DNA of 63,246 nucleotides, the filler included, from Hyphochytrium catenoides (taxonomy: Eukaryota; Protista; Hyphochytriomycota): the NCBI GenBank assembly GCA_900088475.1. It is 13 parts of 13 records of this genome, joined end to end, with 100 filler letters (N's around TTAATTAATTAA, not from the genome) between each part and the next. Parts side by side here need not be neighbours in the genome. Positions count along the whole stretch, not along the records: positions 60,617 to 63,246 come from FLMG01000662.1; 12 more parts are not named here. The stretch is one strand, 5' to 3'. Positions 62,440-63,246 of the stretch are shown one piece after another (position 1 is the first letter of the stretch; every line of letters begins with the position of its first letter). The notes under the pieces were generated by a model, which saw only the letters and a list, made by a program, of their open reading frames with translations, searched no databases and had not been told where the DNA came from. The position numbers and the translations under genes are program-made.

Positions 62440-63246
62440 TAAATGGACTTCCGATCCGAAGGGTCATTGGCCCAGTCGGCATCCGCAAACGCTTTCAGCC
62501 ATGGCATACTCTTTCCCCCAAGAGTCAAACCTAGGTCCACTGTGCTCTTCAAGTACCTGAAGATCCGCTTTACAGCCTCACAGTAGTGCAAGACTCTTGG
62601 CGTTGACCTGTGCTGGCTTACGGACTGTACCGCATAACCAATGTCGGGCCGGATGGTGACCATAAGGTACATAAGACATCCTACGGCCTCCGGGTATGGT
62701 ATCTGGCTCAGAAGCTCTCGAGTCTCCGCGGCAACCTGGAATGTCTCGTCCCTTCGGCAGTATGACTTCGGGGTCACTGGCAACGGACTTGGATGATGGC
62801 AGTCAGCCATGTTGAACCTCTCTAGAATACTACTGATGTACTTTGGCTGCGACAGTGTTATGGTCCTTGCTGTCCTGTCATGATGTACCTTGATCCCGAG
62901 GAAACAGTTGAGTTTCCCGACATCCGTGACCTCGAACCTATCCGCCCGAGAGGATCTTCTTCATGCCATTACCAAGATCTGTCGTCTCTCCTATCAAAAG
63001 TAAGTCATCGACAGACAGAGTGATGATCTCTGGCAGCTTGGAGCCAGTCTCAGTGCGGTGTCGGATATACACACAAGGTTCACATATGCTATGGTGGAAT
63101 CCATGCTTCTTCGAGTAAGTCTGAACGATGTGCATTTACGATGTTTTGAGTTTATCATTTTACACATCGTTGAATGGTCAGGATAACATCGTTCTGGGCA
63201 GGGAGGTGTGAGTTAGGTAAGCAGCCAATAAAGTATCGCAGACCAA

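Larger units (their letters stand above)
61565..63120 (-). mobile_element. Decayed Ty1/copia retrotransposon, 3' half (RT, RNase H, PPT, start of 3' LTR) with nested insertions
   Basis: EPCVYI...LSVDDLLLIG, YPEAVGCLMYL..IRPDI.YAV, AVKRIFRYLK, FADADWANDPSDRKSI//SGYYF and SKHIDVK...TADVLT. PPT GCGGGGGAG at ~61729-61737 is followed by TATTGG. Confidence 0.95.

Overview
Eukaryotic draft-genome sequence made of 13 pieces joined by an artificial N-TTAATTAATTAA-N linker (at about 2850, 4950, 7006, 11771, 13230, 18650, 29730, 33298, 45580, 56421, 58583 and 60561), so adjacency across linkers is meaningless. The organism is intron-rich, very rich in (AG)n/(CT)n microsatellite, and flagellated (CFAP44); a stramenopile-like protist is my inference only. 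Most ORFs in the supplied track are microsatellite noise. Spliced genes I reconstructed by hand: CFAP44 (fragment), a SYP7-like SNARE (fragment), a class I/II aminotransferase (fragment), cyclophilin, a PH-START protein, an AASDH-like A-T-PQQ enzyme, dTDP-glucose 4,6-dehydratase, a BRO1-PH fusion, 6-phosphofructokinase and a low-complexity SnoaL/NTF2-like protein. There is also an intronless secreted protein with a duplicated 6-Cys domain. Mobile DNA: one near-intact and one decayed PIF/Harbinger, a decayed hAT, two Ty1/copia elements, a long-TIR element with an integrase zinc finger, and a higher-order ~113-bp satellite. The most interesting signal is in the last contig: two different short LTR-like inserts nested in a copia element, each with a tRNA-derived Pol III cassette ending 73-74 bp from the ...AACA terminus (Cassandra/Helenus-like small-RNA-carrying LTRs). 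All calls are by-eye motif recognition; no searches were run.
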